Below are positions 25,685 to 38,543 of a DNA stretch of 64,000 nucleotides, one piece after another. The notes beneath the pieces are model-generated. The model worked only from the letters and a program-made list of their open reading frames with translations, was not told the origin of the DNA and made no database searches. The position numbers and the translations under genes were made by a program. The DNA is from Mesotaenium endlicherianum (taxonomy: Eukaryota). The first letter of the stretch is position 1, and each line of letters starts with the position of its first letter. Where the stretch lies: NCBI GenBank assembly GCA_009602735.1, contig WELA01003365.1:133384-197383 (forward strand), read 5' to 3'.

Positions 25685-28600
25685 ATGCGAAAGTCAGGAA
25701 AGACAGTCCCCCCTATATTACTGCATTGCATGATTGCAGGTAGGAAGGTGAGGGCATTTGTTGACGGAGGGGCGTCACATACTTTTATCCACAAGGACTT
25801 AGGTAAGCGGCTAAGGCTGCCTACTGTCACCCAAGGGAATAGAAAAATATTCCTTGGAGATGCCTCAAGTATCCCGGGAGGAGTTATAACCAAGCCTATT
25901 GAGGTCCAGTTAGGTTCTGGCATTGCAGTTCTAACTGAAACGCTTACATTTGAGGTACTCAACACTGGCTTTTATGATCTCGTGCTAGGCAGGTCCTGGC
26001 TTAATAGACATCAAGCTGAAGTGTGTTGGAGCAGAGGTACAGTTAAAGTGAGAGGAGCCAGTGATGGGCAGACTGACTTGGTACCCACCAGTGCTCTTCC
26101 TCTTGTCCTGTGTGGATGGCAAATGAAGGAAAAGAAGAGGCTTCCAGAAGGATGCAAGTTGCTGAATGTACTGGAGTTCCTCAAAAGCTGGAACCCGAGG
26201 GAAGACAGAATGTTCTGTCTGCTGCTAAGAGAGGTACCTCCTCAACCTGAAGAAGTGGTGGAGAAAAAGGTAAGCCCTCCGGAACACCCTACTGCTGCAA
26301 CCATTGTTGCTCAGTACACGGATGTGTTTAATATGCCTCCAGGACTACCCCCTAAGCGGGAAGTAGATCATCTCATTGATTTATTACCTGGGAGTCAGCC
26401 ACCTTGGCAACGCACGTATGGCTTGTCTTATGTGGAGAGCGAGGAGTTGAAAACACAGATTGCAGAGCTTGAAGAAAATGGTTATATTTCTCCTAATGAA
26501 TCACCTTACGGCGCACCCATCCTATTTGTTAAGAAAAAGGATGGCAGTATGCGGATGTGTGTGGATTACAGAGCCCTGAACAGAATTACAGTAAAGAACA
26601 AGTATGCTTTACCCAGAATCGAGGACTTGCTTGATACCGTGTCTGGTGCTAAGGTGTTCAGTAAGATAGATCTCAAGAGTGGTTATCATCAAATCAGAAT
26701 TGCTGAGGGGGGTGGACACAAGACTGCTTTCCGCACACGTTATGGACACTATGAGTTCAACGTGATGCCATTTGGATTGACTAATGCTCCTGCTACCTTC
26801 AGGGGTACTATGAATGACATTTTCAGACCGTATTTGGATAAGTTTGTGCAAGTTTTCCTGGATGATATTTTAATTTTCTCTAAGGATGAAGCTCAGCACA
26901 CTGAACACTTAAAGAAAGTCCTGGACACTCTGCGGAAAAATCACTTGTACGCTAAAATGAGCAAGTGTGATTTCTTTAAGGAAAGTATTGAATTCTTAGG
27001 CCACGTTGTCAGTAAGGAGGGCATCAGTGTGGATCCTAAGAAAGTCCAGACCATAAGGGACTGGCCAGTACCACAGTCTGTCTCTGAAGTTAGATCCTTC
27101 CTCGGGTTGGCTAACTACTATAGGAGATTTATTGAGAATTATTCCACAAAGGCCAGTAAACTGACTGACCTTACTAAGAAAGACATCGGGTATGTGTGGG
27201 GGGAAGAGCAGCAGGCTGCCTTCCAGACCCTTAAAGATGCCCTTTGTTCTGCCCCAGTGCTAGCCGTGTATGACCCCAGCAAACCGGTGCAGGTGGTTAC
27301 TGATGCCTCTGATTTTGCCATGGGTGCTATTTTGTTGCAGCCTGCTGACAAAACCACAAAGGATGGTAAGGTACGGCAGGAGTGGCATCCTGTGTTGTAC
27401 GAGTCTATGAAATTTACTCCAGCGGAGATTAATTACTCAGTGCATGATAAAGAGCTGCTAGCCATCATTCATGTACTCAAACAGTGGATAATATACTTAC
27501 ATGGTAAAGCTTTTAAGGTGATTACAGATCATCTAGCTCTGACCCACTTTCTGAAGAAGTCCAAGCTGTCGAGGAGAGAGAACCGCTGGAGCCAGATGCT
27601 GGAGCAGTTCCAAGTCCGGATCGACTACAAACCAGGGAAGTTGAATCCTGCTGATGCACTCTCTAGAAGACCTGACTTGCAAGAAAGGAACTTTAGTCAG
27701 CATGCTGTAGATAAAGTCCTGTGTGCACTCACTTCACTAAAGGTGAAAAAGTCCTTCTTAGAACAACTTAGGAAAGCCTACCTTTCTGACCCGACATTTG
27801 AGCCCAGCCCCACTACTGGTGTGTGTCGTGCTACTGCACTCGGGTATAAGCTGAAGGGAGGGGTCTGGGTGACTGAAACCACTTCAGGCAGGCTGAAGCT
27901 GGTCATTCCTAATAACTTGGAAATAAGGTCTCTCTTACTGAGTCAAGCTCATGACAGTCTCCTGGGTGGACATTTGGGGCAGGCCAAAACTGTTGGCAAA
28001 CTGGCAAAACATTATCATTGGAAGGGGTTACCCCGGGAGGTCTTGAAATATGTCAAGTCCTGTGACCAGTGTCAGAGAAATAAGTCTCGGCACACACCAC
28101 CCGGAGGTCTCTTGCAACCACTGCCCATCCCAGCTGGACGCTGGGAAACTATATCCATGGACTGGGTGGTCACAGTGCCACGAACTGCTAATGGGCATGA
28201 TTCGATATTGGTAGTCGTGGATAAACTGACAAAAATGGTCATTTTCATCCCCACAACTGTCAAAGGAACTGCACTCGAAACAGCGAGACAGTTTTACAAC
28301 CATGTAGTATGCCAAGATGGGCTACCTTCTAATATCATCTCAGACAGAAACTTAAAATTCACCTCTAAGTTCTGGAGAGCTTTAATGGGGTTAATGGGAG
28401 TCAAACAGCTGCTCAGCACAGCAAACCACCCTCAGACTGATGGGCAGACTGAAAGAAGTAATTGAGTTCTGCAGGAGGTGCTGAGAGCATATATTAACCA
28501 AAAACAAGATAATTGGGATGACCTGTTGCCTCAAATTCAGTTTGCGGTCAACTGTGCGGTGCACGCGTCAACGGGCAAGACTCCTTTTGAACTCAGCCAA

Positions 28601-29254
28601 GGTAGAGTTTCTAAGTCTCCTTCAGATGTACTGGGGAAGTCTTTAACTTGCCCTGAAGGGATTGACAACCCGGTCTCCCTCCAGTTAACGCAGGAGTTTG
28701 CTGACACCCTGTTAGAAGTCCAACGAAACCTGCACAAGGTCCAAGAAAACCAACAAAAATACGCTAATCAACACCTTCGGGAACTGATATTTTCCAAGGA
28801 GGATTTAGTCAAACTGCATTCTTAGCACCTGTACCTCCCTGGTGTGGTCAAGAAAAAGCTTGGCCCTGTCTGGGTCAGTCCATATTCGGTGGTACGTCGT
28901 ATTGGTCAGAATGCTTACAAACTGAACATGTCAGCTGAATACAAGGGTCACCCGGTCTTTAATGTCGCCTTCCTGGAACCATACATCAAAGGTGATACAC
29001 TGTTCAGAGGTCGGTTACCTGTCCAACCGGGACCGGTCCCCGCTGTCCGGGACGGCGACCCTGAGGAATATGAGGTCGATGAGATTTTAGACGCTCGCTC
29101 GGTCCGTCGATCGTCTAAATATGTCATGAAATACCTCATTCGATGGAAGGGTTACGATGCCTCTGGGGACACTTGGGAATTTAAGGACCACTTGACCAAT
29201 GCCAAAGGGGCGTTGACACGGTTCCACCTTCGGGCCGCTGGAGTCCCTCCATAA
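25685..29254 (+). pseudogene. pol: Pol of element B (PR-RT-RH-IN-chromodomain) with two in-frame stops
   Basis: [31 protein letters not shown], chromodomain YEVDEILD..YLIRWKGY..TWE. Stops at 28463-28465 and 28823-28825, same frame throughout. Confidence 0.93.
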
Positions 29255-29520
29255 CTGTCATTTCAGTTGACAAGGGAAGGTGACAGGCGATCCTGTCTCC
29301 ATTTAAGTTGGAGGGGAAAATATATGACAGTTAGTGAGCGAGAGCGATAAAAACACACTCATACGTTTATGTGTAGCGCATCGCAACTACGTCAACTTTT
29401 AGCAATCATCCTGTAAGGTAAACAGCAGCAAATGCACTATACTAATACTAACATACTTCCTGCAATCCCTATGACAAAGGTCCATACCCTACTAACTTGT
29501 GCCCTGGTTACATGCACAAG

Positions 29521-31197
29521 ATGGCGCCCACCACACAAAAGCAGGACAGAAAGCGCAAGGCGGAAGAAGCTTGGAGGACAATGGAGCAATACCAGAAGGA
29601 GCTGGCGGCGACGTCCCTCACCAGGAGAGAACAGGAAAGGCTCCGCAGACAACAAGAGGCGGCAGAAGAGGCACAGAGGAAGAAGGATCAGGAAGCGGAA
29701 AACCTCAGAAAGGCTGAGGAGGAGAGACAGAAGAAACAGCAAGAAGAAGCGGCAGCGGCAGAAGAGGAGAAAAGAAAAAAGATTGAAGCGGACAGACAGA
29801 AGAGCTTGGCCACTTACAGGTATACTGTGGTGGGTGGCCAAAACTTCGATAACCTGAAGGAAGCATTGCTGGCAGCCCAGGAGATCAACAGGCTGGAACA
29901 GACAACACTGCTACAGAGGGAAGGAGCTGCAGCAATGGATAGGTACATCGAGACACACACTGGTGTGGTCCTCTACGAAGATTATGCCAAGATGGTGGGC
30001 TATACAACAGAGCAGGCCCGGTATTTCGCAGATGATTCAGAGGACAAGCCGGTCCCCATACCGGGAATAGTGGGAGATCAGAGACTCATCCGGATGGTGA
30101 GCATGCGGCCCGATAGCTTTAAGGATACGGTATTCTACCTCACACTCCTGCCAGCTTACAATGAAGTTGAGAGAAGGAGCTGGGAGTACTTGGCCAGGGA
30201 AGCAGGACAGCAGATGTTCTCTCCCCACTGGTTCCCGTGTAAACTGAGGAAGGCTGAGCACGGACCCCAGTACTACCAGCAGCCAACAGACTGGAGGTGG
30301 ATGACCGTCACAAATAAGAAGCAGGAGTGTGACCGAGCCCAACCGGATGACTTCCACTATGGCCTAGACGGCTATCTCATCCTACCACCTCACATTGCCC
30401 CTTGGGACCCCAGGCTGAATGGATGCCTGAGCAATATGAATGCAGAGACCAAGGAACATAGGAGGAGGGGAAGAGAGTACTTCTCTAAGGGAAAGCATGC
30501 CTTTGTCAAATGGGCAAAGAATGCAGGCCGGATAGATATCAGTAGGCTGAAGGCCAAGCAACCTCCAGCGCGCCCTAAGAAAGGGAGGTCGGTAGACTAC
30601 TCCATGTCTACTAGGGAGCAGGACGACTTAGTGGACGAGACCCCTACTCTCTCCGAGGAGGAGGATAAGGAGGATGAGGAAGAGGAACAAGGCAGAGGAG
30701 AAGCATCAGCAGCAGGTACTCAAGATACCCAGGGGCAAACAGGGGCGACTCCTAAAGAACCACAATCAGGTATTTGGAATGTGATCCCCGTTATGGCGAC
30801 AACTGGACCCCGCGCTCGCTCCCCCAGCCCACCTGCCCAAGCAGGGGAAGAAGTTGATCTGACTGTATCGGGCAGCAGACACAGGCAGAAATCCCAAGAG
30901 GACAGGGGTGCCAGGAGAGCGACACGCGGGTGGGCCAGAGGTATGCCAGCCTCCCCCTCTGCTCAGGGGCATGTACCTCTAGCCAATGTATTTCAGCATC
31001 CTACTGGAATGCCTGTCTATGTGGGCATCAACACCCAAGTGGTTGAAGAGCAGGCTACCATCCTTCGTTCTCCTCGAGGTCCAACTTTAGAGCAAACCGG
31101 GTTCTTTAGAAGGCCAGAGGGCTGTCCAGATCTAGGTCCAGATTTCCGTCTCCTGATCCTGAAGCCCAAGGAACAACCCCTTAAGGTGACAGGCTGA
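29521..31197 (+). CDS. unknown 558-aa ORF3 of element B (charged coiled-coil N-terminus, Trp/Tyr/Cys/His-rich core, disordered C-terminus)
   Basis: Uninterrupted sense ORF between the pol stop and the PPT/3' LTR; no family recognised. Confidence 0.75.
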   Translation: MAPTTQKQDRKRKAEEAWRTMEQYQKELAATSLTRREQERLRRQQEAAEEAQRKKDQEAENLRKAEEERQKKQQEEAAAAEEEKRKKIEADRQKSLATYRYTVVGGQNFDNLKEALLAAQEINRLEQTTLLQREGAAAMDRYIETHTGVVLYEDYAKMVGYTTEQARYFADDSEDKPVPIPGIVGDQRLIRMVSMRPDSFKDTVFYLTLLPAYNEVERRSWEYLAREAGQQMFSPHWFPCKLRKAEHGPQYYQQPTDWRWMTVTNKKQECDRAQPDDFHYGLDGYLILPPHIAPWDPRLNGCLSNMNAETKEHRRRGREYFSKGKHAFVKWAKNAGRIDISRLKAKQPPARPKKGRSVDYSMSTREQDDLVDETPTLSEEEDKEDEEEEQGRGEASAAGTQDTQGQTGATPKEPQSGIWNVIPVMATTGPRARSPSPPAQAGEEVDLTVSGSRHRQKSQEDRGARRATRGWARGMPASPSAQGHVPLANVFQHPTGMPVYVGINTQVVEEQATILRSPRGPTLEQTGFFRRPEGCPDLGPDFRLLILKPKEQPLKVTG

Positions 31198-32022
31198 AAA
31201 GACAGTCAGTAAGGGAGGCTGGTCAGGGTCAGTTCCTTTATTTAAGGCTTTTGCAGTTTAATATTGTCGAGGTGACAACAAGTTAAGTTGGAGGGATTGT
31301 AATGAATCAGTATATTAGTAGATATAATATTCATTGAAATATAATAGTTAATTAAGTTCAGCCTGCTGAACTTTAGTTAGTAGTCAGTCTGCTGGACTTT
31401 ACATAATTATCAGTTTAATGATTCAGCCGGAAGAAGCAAGCTGAAGTCCATATAAGTCAGCTTGCTGACCCATTCTTTGACAGCCAGCTGACTTCCGTAC
31501 TCGGTAGCAGCGAACTGCCTTGATATGCATCTAAGTGCGATATGCTAGATGAATAGCCAGATGACATCCCTATGATGGATGGCGATTCGGGATGATGGGA
31601 GATGGCGGTGGATTTGGTTAACCGAGGTCCTACCAACGTGGTTAACTCCCGGGTAGGCGGTGCCATCGCACTGACCGTTGAACAGTAAACTCATTCCATG
31701 TACATATGCTAGGCATTGCTCTCGAGTTCGGCATTCGGAAACGAGGCCAACTCTCTTGTACAGCTTACTGAGAGAGATCTGAATCCAAGGCGAGAAGCCA
31801 TTGATACGCACTGTCTTCTAACCTTGCTTATGTATGAGTTTACTGATTTGCATTATTGATGCTAGTTTACTCGCATTTGACTTACGAGTATTATTCACTG
31901 CTAGTGTATTGTCCTTTGCCGTTTAACCAGTTAACGGAAATTACCATAAAGATTACTTGCTGATATAAAGATCTTTATTAATTGTTAATCGCTTATTTGG
32001 TAAGTCGATTCATTTCACCACT

Positions 32023-35000
32023 CAAGAAAACCTGCAACAACAAGAAGCACCACAAGGAGGAGCACACCCTCCTCCAGCGCCGATGGGAGAACCTACTCAA
32101 GGAAATCTGCAACAACAAGAAGCACCACAAGGAGGAGCACCGTCAAATCCCGTGGCAGCCGCTATAGCAAAGTTGACCCCACCACAAGGAGTTCCCGCAA
32201 ATGAGTGGGCAGCCTTCCTAATGACCGTCCACAACCAAGTGGGCTTGGCCACCTATGAAGCAACCGTGCAAGCGTCAAGAGAAGCTATGGCTGCCATGGT
32301 TGCCCCTATTGCAAGCAATGCTCAAAATCCAGGCTCAGCTCAAGCGCCTTCACAAGAGCCAACGAGAGCAAGGAAACTCATCAAGCCCGGCAAACCCGAT
32401 ACTTTCAACCCCGGGAAAGGTGCCAACCTAAATTTATGGCTCTACCAAGTGAAGACATACCTCACATTCCTTGAAATACCCGAGGAGGACTACGTTCCCT
32501 TTGCCGTTACCTTACTTAGAGGAGCAACAACATCATGGTGGCGTAACTATCAAGCGGCTATATATCAAGCTATGGCGCACCCCATGCTCGGCCAAGAGCC
32601 CCCACCATCATATGCAAGATGGGCAGATTTTCGTGAGGCCCTCAAGAAGCAATTCATGCCCATCAATGCGGAGAAGATTGCCCGAGGAAAGCTCCACCAT
32701 CTCAAGCAAACGACGTCCGTTCAAGAGTATACATCCAGATTTCACGCCCTCACTCTTGAGATCCCCAATATGTCTCTCGAGGAGAAGATTGACCGCTACA
32801 TCTTTGGCCTCAAACCCAAGGTGGCAAAGGAAGTGGAGTTACGCGACTTGACGGAATTCTCAAAGGTCATTGAAGTTCAAAAGGTGGATACCTTGGATTT
32901 CAAGCACACCGTGCCTTCATCTTCACGGGTACCGGCGACGCGGGTGTACGCAGCTTCTTCCACATCTGAATCTGGACCCACACCCATGGAAATTGGATTT
33001 ATTAAAAGGGACCCCGCGGTTGCCCGGATGAGTGGAAGACCCTCCAATGACACTTATGATGCAAGAAACCAGCAAGGAGTGAACGCAAGACTCTCCCCGA
33101 TTGAAAAAGAAGCTCTCATGACGGCTGGACTATGCTTTTATTGCAAAGGTGGCATACCACCAGGCCACTCCACCTTGTGTATGCAACTAGGAAAGGTCCT
33201 CGTGCACGCTTCCACTCGCGGGTGAGGGTGCGTGAGTGTGTATGGGCGCACTCCCCGCACCCTTCCCCCTTTCACTCCCCGGCTGAAAAAGTAGCTCTCA
33301 TGACGGCTGGACTATGCTTTTATTGCAAGGAAAAGGGCCATCGTGCACTTTCATGCCCCAAAAAGTTGTCAAAAAACGGACAGCGCCGGTAGGCCAGGAG
33401 CCTACCACCCCAAGACCCACTTCACGAGAAGGCAACACGCCAAGTGAGGTGGAGACCCCCGTTGAAGACGACGTTCCAGCCCCAATGAGTTTGAGAGGTT
33501 ACCTTGGAAAAGAGAAGGTCCACATCTTGGTGGAAAGCGGAGCTCAAGGTAACTTCATTGCTGCAGATTTTGCCACCAAGCACGGAATTACTATGCGAAC
33601 TCTTGACCACGACGAGGAGATTATGATGCCCGATGGATTCTCCTATACTACCCCTTCCAAGAAGACGTACCCCTTGGCACTCTCTATCAAGTCCTTCAAG
33701 GATAGAGTAGTGTTCTCCCCCATGCAATTGGGCAAGTACGACGTCATCCTAGGGACGCCTTGGTTGACCAAGCACAACCCCCAAGTTGATTGGAGGACCG
33801 GTACTATCAAGATCAAGAATGACATCACTTCAAGAATCTGTATTTTGCGCGCAATCCAGAATATCCAGACCCAAGACATCGAGAAGCCGGCACACGAGAT
33901 ACTATTGTCCGCCCTCCAACTCAAGAGACTTGTGAGGAAGGGACACGAGCTTCTTTTGGCCTTGATCACGCCAAAAGACATCAAGAAAGACATCGAGAGT
34001 CAAGAAGGCAGCCCCGTTCCCAAGGAGATACAAGAAGTCTTAGAGGACTACAAAGAAGTGTTCTCCCCGGAATTGCCCAAGGGCCTACCCCCCAAAAGAT
34101 TCGTAGACCACAAGATAGAGTTGGAGCCCGGAAGCAAGCCCATCTCTCGGCCTACGTTCAAAATGTCATACACGGAGCTAGACGAAGTCAAGAAGCAAAT
34201 CAAGGAGCTACTGGAGCATGGCTTCATTCGACCTAGCAAGTCGCCATTTGGAGCCCCGGTGCTATTTGTCAAGAAGAAAGATGGTACCTTGAGGATGTGT
34301 GTGGACTATCGCGCCCTCAACAAGATCACCATCAAGAATCAATACCCGCTGCCGGGCATGGATGAGCTCATGGACCGGCTGGTTGGAGCCAAGTACTTCA
34401 TGAAGATGGACTTGAGAAGCGGCTACCACCAGATTCGCATCACTGAACCTGACATAGAGAAAACGGCATTCAGGACAAAATATGGACAATTTGAGTTCAT
34501 GGTCTTGCCATTTGGACTCACCAACGCGCCAGCAACTTTCATGACTATGATGAACACCATATTTCAGCCCATGTTGGACAGATTTGTGGTGGTATTCATC
34601 GATGACATCCTTATCTACAGCAAGACCCTTGAAGAGCATGTGTAATGAATCAGTTCATTATTTATTTAATTAATTGCATATGTAAATATAACACTAAATA
34701 AGTATTATGTCTATATACTCACATGTGCGAGTTCATCTAAATGAATGTATGTCGATGTAATGCGAGTATACTTACTTTGTCAAAAAGGTCAGCAGGATGA
34801 CTATTGTACCATAGTGTAGTCTGCTGACTTTGTTGAAAAGGTTAGCAGGATGACTTTTATATCATAGTGTAGTTTGCTGAGATTTATATATCAATTATAT
34901 ATAGGATATAATATCAGTAGGTTGACATATAGTAAGCTTGCTTGATATTAGTCAATATACTTAGATTCAGTACGCTGAGGATAAACATATTCATTTAGAT

Positions 35001-37150
35001 TGTTATTTGTAGATTGGCACATGTGACCGAAGTATACTGAAAGTCGGGAGGTCGACTGAGATTCGGTAAACCGATTTCCTACCAATGTGGTTAAGTCCTG
35101 GGTAGGCGGAGCCGTCGTCAGTCAACTAAACAGTAAGGACTTCAGTCAACCGACCAATTAATATGGTCGTTATACCTACATCCATGGGTCCCAACTTAAC
35201 GGGTTTCCCACAAAACGGCGCAACCTGCGCCGCGGTCATCCAGGTGGTCACTAGCAGGCTGGAATCTCGTGGTCCCTCATTCTGCACAGTAGGATTTACA
35301 GTCGGATTTCTACTTGCAAGTCATGTGTGCACTTTTGGGTTCGTTCTAATGACCAGCCTTCACGGAAATTGACATGGCTGCTTCGTCTGCGCTCCAAATG
35401 GGACGAACTAGGACTTTTCAGAAAGGTCTCGTCAAGATGCATCTGTTGCCGTTAAGTTTGCTCAATTTGCAGTGCTATTGGCAGAGCTATGCCCTCTGAC
35501 ATTTCGGGGTCACACAGCGGACAGATTCTATGGTTTTGCACCTAAGTAAGTGGGATGTGTTTTAGCTACATTATGGTCATCTCAATGAGAGCACCTTTGC
35601 TCTTCAGTCCCCTGATGTTGTGCATGTGCTATACATGCTTGCATGCCTAGTAGGCAAGAGGCCATGAGTTTCTAAAGGAGAAGCTCAAGTTCTCAAGCTC
35701 GCCTCTTACTTGTGCCTCGTGTTAGTGTGCAACTATGGCACACTACGGTAAATGAGTCAAGGGGTGTAGATGAGTAAATGGAATTCATTATAAGGGCGAA
35801 GATCACTCCCCGATTACACACGCTTCCACCTATCTGTGATCTTATATATTTAAGTGAAATATATTAATCTTGAATAAGCAAGATTCATTTCAGCATGCGA
35901 GACACTTGAAAGAAGTCCTCGAAGTATTGAAGCAAAACAAACTATTTGCAAAGGAATCAAAGTGCGAGTTTGTCAAAGAAGAAGTGGAGTTCCTAGGTCT
36001 CCACGTGACTGCTGATGGCATCAAGATGGACCCCAAGAAGACCACGGTGGTGGAGGAATGGCCAACCCCCACGACCAAGAAAGAACTCCAATCATTCCTG
36101 GAATTTGCGAATTGGAACAGGAGATTCATCCAGAGCTTCTCGCACATAGCAGCCCCTCTCACGAATGTCCTCAAGAAGGACAAGCCATATGTTTGGACCC
36201 AGAAAGAGGAGGAAGCATTCCAACAACTGAAGCAAAGACTGACGACATCCCCGGTGCTCACACTCTCAAGTCCAAACCCAGATTGGCCCTTCCACGTCAT
36301 CACCGATGCATCTTCCTATGCAATTGGAGCAATCCTACTTCAAGACCAAGGCAAGGGACTGCAGCCCATCGCCTACGAGTCAAGGAAGCTAAATCCAACC
36401 GAGCAAAATTATACAACAACGGAGCGAGAGGCATTGGCGATTGTACATGCCTTGAAGGTTTGGCGCTGCTACGTTGAAGGACACAAAGTACTGGTCACCA
36501 CGGACCACGAGGCGTTAAAGCACCTCCAGACGCAGCCGTATCTCTCAAGGAGACAAGCAAGATGGAGCGGATACTTGCAACAATACAACATCACGATTCA
36601 GTACCAGCCCGGCAAGACAAACCCGGCTGACCCCCTCTCAAGACTGCAATTAAACGCAGTGATGACATTGCTGAAGACAGATCTGGAAGCTGGATTTTCA
36701 GCCGCCTATGAAAGAGACCCTTACTACAAGAACGGAGAAGCAGCCTTGGACCCATACAAGAAGCAAGAAGGCAATTATTGGGTGAGGCAAGACACGGGCC
36801 AGAGATGTGTTCCTAATGACTTAGACCTCTGGCTCTTGCTTCTACGAGAAGCACAAGACAACCCTCTTGGAGGACACTTCGGAATCCTAAGAACCACGGG
36901 CGTTCTAGCCAGTACTTATTGCTGGCCAGGCATGTCTAAGCAAGTCAAGGAATACTACAGGAGCTGTGATACATGCCAAAGAATCAAGCCATCATCGCAA
37001 AAGGCGGGAGGACTCCTCCAACCACTACCAATCCCCGAAAGACAATGGACGAACATCTCAATTGACCTTATCGTGGACTTGCCCGTGACACCTCGAGGCC
37101 ATAATGCAATACTCACGGTGGTGGACGGACTTACCAAGATGGCTCATTTT
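32023..37150 (+). pseudogene. gag-pol of element A1 (gag, protease, RT, RNase H, truncated integrase)
   Basis: ORFs 32083-33225 (gag, CFYCKEKGH knuckle), 33314-34645 (protease with VESG instead of [15 protein letters not shown]), 35893-37150 (RNase H TDAS, integrase zinc finger). Split by the solo LTR at 34641-35892 and truncated in integrase. Confidence 0.92.
34641..35892 (+). mobile_element. 1252-bp solo LTR (family D, distantly related to B) inserted in the RT of A1
   Basis: TGTAATGAATC..GATTCATTTCA termini, TSD GCATG at 34636-34640 and 35893-35897; RT reads EEH-ARHL across the excision. Confidence 0.92.
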
Positions 37151-38543
37151 CTTGACCCGGTAGATAAAGTGTAGTGAAACAGATAGATGAAGTACTTAGT
37201 GAAATATAATACTGTATCTATTCATGACAAGGATCTTTAAACACAAGTGGTAGCTTCTTGAAAGAGAGATGGCTTCTTGAAAGTTAATATATGTCTGGAT
37301 TTTGGCAAGTACAAGAGTGATTCTTCCATGTCTTTCTATGTTCAAGCTCTTGTCTATATACTTGCTAAATAAGTAGTTTCTAGGAAGGTGTATGTTGATG
37401 TGTTGGCACCCAACACATCCCAAAACTTGCCACCTCTTTCTAGAATAATGTACACATGTCCTTTTGACCTAAAAATGGCATATTTGACTTTTGCCACATG
37501 GAGTTCTTCTAGGNCGGAGTTCTTCTAGATCTTTCCTCTAACTTCGAAAATGCCTTAGAAGGTTCAAAGGACATGAACCAAGTCACTAGAGTACCTATTC
37601 ACACTTGAATCCACACAATACTACTCCAAATATATTTGAAATCATTAAAATATATGCAAACTAATATATAATAACTCAAATCACTACATCACCCCCCCGC
37701 CAGAAAAAGCGACGTCTCGGCGCGTCAAGTCAGGTCTTACACATGTGGAGCAGACTAGTCAACAGCTTCAAGTGACATCCCACACATGTAAAGAGGATTA
37801 GTCCAAGGCGCCAAGTCAGGTGCTACACATGGAAGGTAGACTAGGCAAGGTCGTGGGTGGTGTGACCTTATTGGCTAGCCTACTCCTTGATGATAAAGAA
37901 AATTGTGCAAGTTGGCCCAGAATCTGCCACGAATTCAAAAATTCATAGCGTCCACACAACTGCTCCAAAGCTGAAAATTTGAGTGCCAGGCGGACCGCGT
38001 CAGAGAACTCTACTGAGGTACTGAACTCTACCGGGTCACCAAATTTGAGAGCATTCTAAACTTTGGAGTGTCGTTGAGAGCTGAGAGAGTAGGCACTCCT
38101 CCAAATCTGTGCAGAAACTTCTGAGAGTCATAAGTCCTATTCTTTTCCAAATTCTGCAAACTAAGTCTCAAACTGGGCGCTGTAAGATGTTCTACCAGAG
38201 TCTTGAGTTTCAGAGCATTCCAAGATCAGGGGAGGGCACAATGTCAGAAGGCATATTCTGCCCTAACAATGCCAGCAGCTTGACCCCCTGCTACTTAGAG
38301 CATCATATCTCTCTCACCAGTGCTCCATATTGAGCAAACTTGGACTCTAAATGACCGGCTACTTATGGACTACAGCCAGGTAGATTTTCAGAATTTATTT
38401 TGCAGAGACCTATCACCAGTAGCAATTTTAGTTTTCTGTCCAGAAACTGTGAGAAGAGAAGAGTGTCTAATGTCAATTTTTCCTCTTCTTTTCTTGCAGA
38501 CTGCCTCCAAGGGGTCTTCTGCTGCTTCTTGATGGTGGCAGGC

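Larger units (their letters stand above)
23239..32017 (+). mobile_element. full-length chromovirus B (Ty3/gypsy) with an extra third ORF, inserted in the gag of A1
   Basis: 720-bp LTRs 23239-23958 and 31298-32017 (TGTAATGAATC..GATTCATTTCA; about 13 differences by eye), TSD CCACT, PBS 23960-23971, PPT ~31285-31296. Confidence 0.96.

Noticed and set aside
29521..31197. ORF3 as a retroviral envelope protein
   Set aside because: No signal peptide or hydrophobic transmembrane segment visible.
33147..33274. Filler has faint 5S rRNA-like words (CATACCA, GTCCTCGTG)
   Set aside because: Spacing and internal A/C boxes do not match 5S rRNA; too weak to call a SINE3 or Cassandra.
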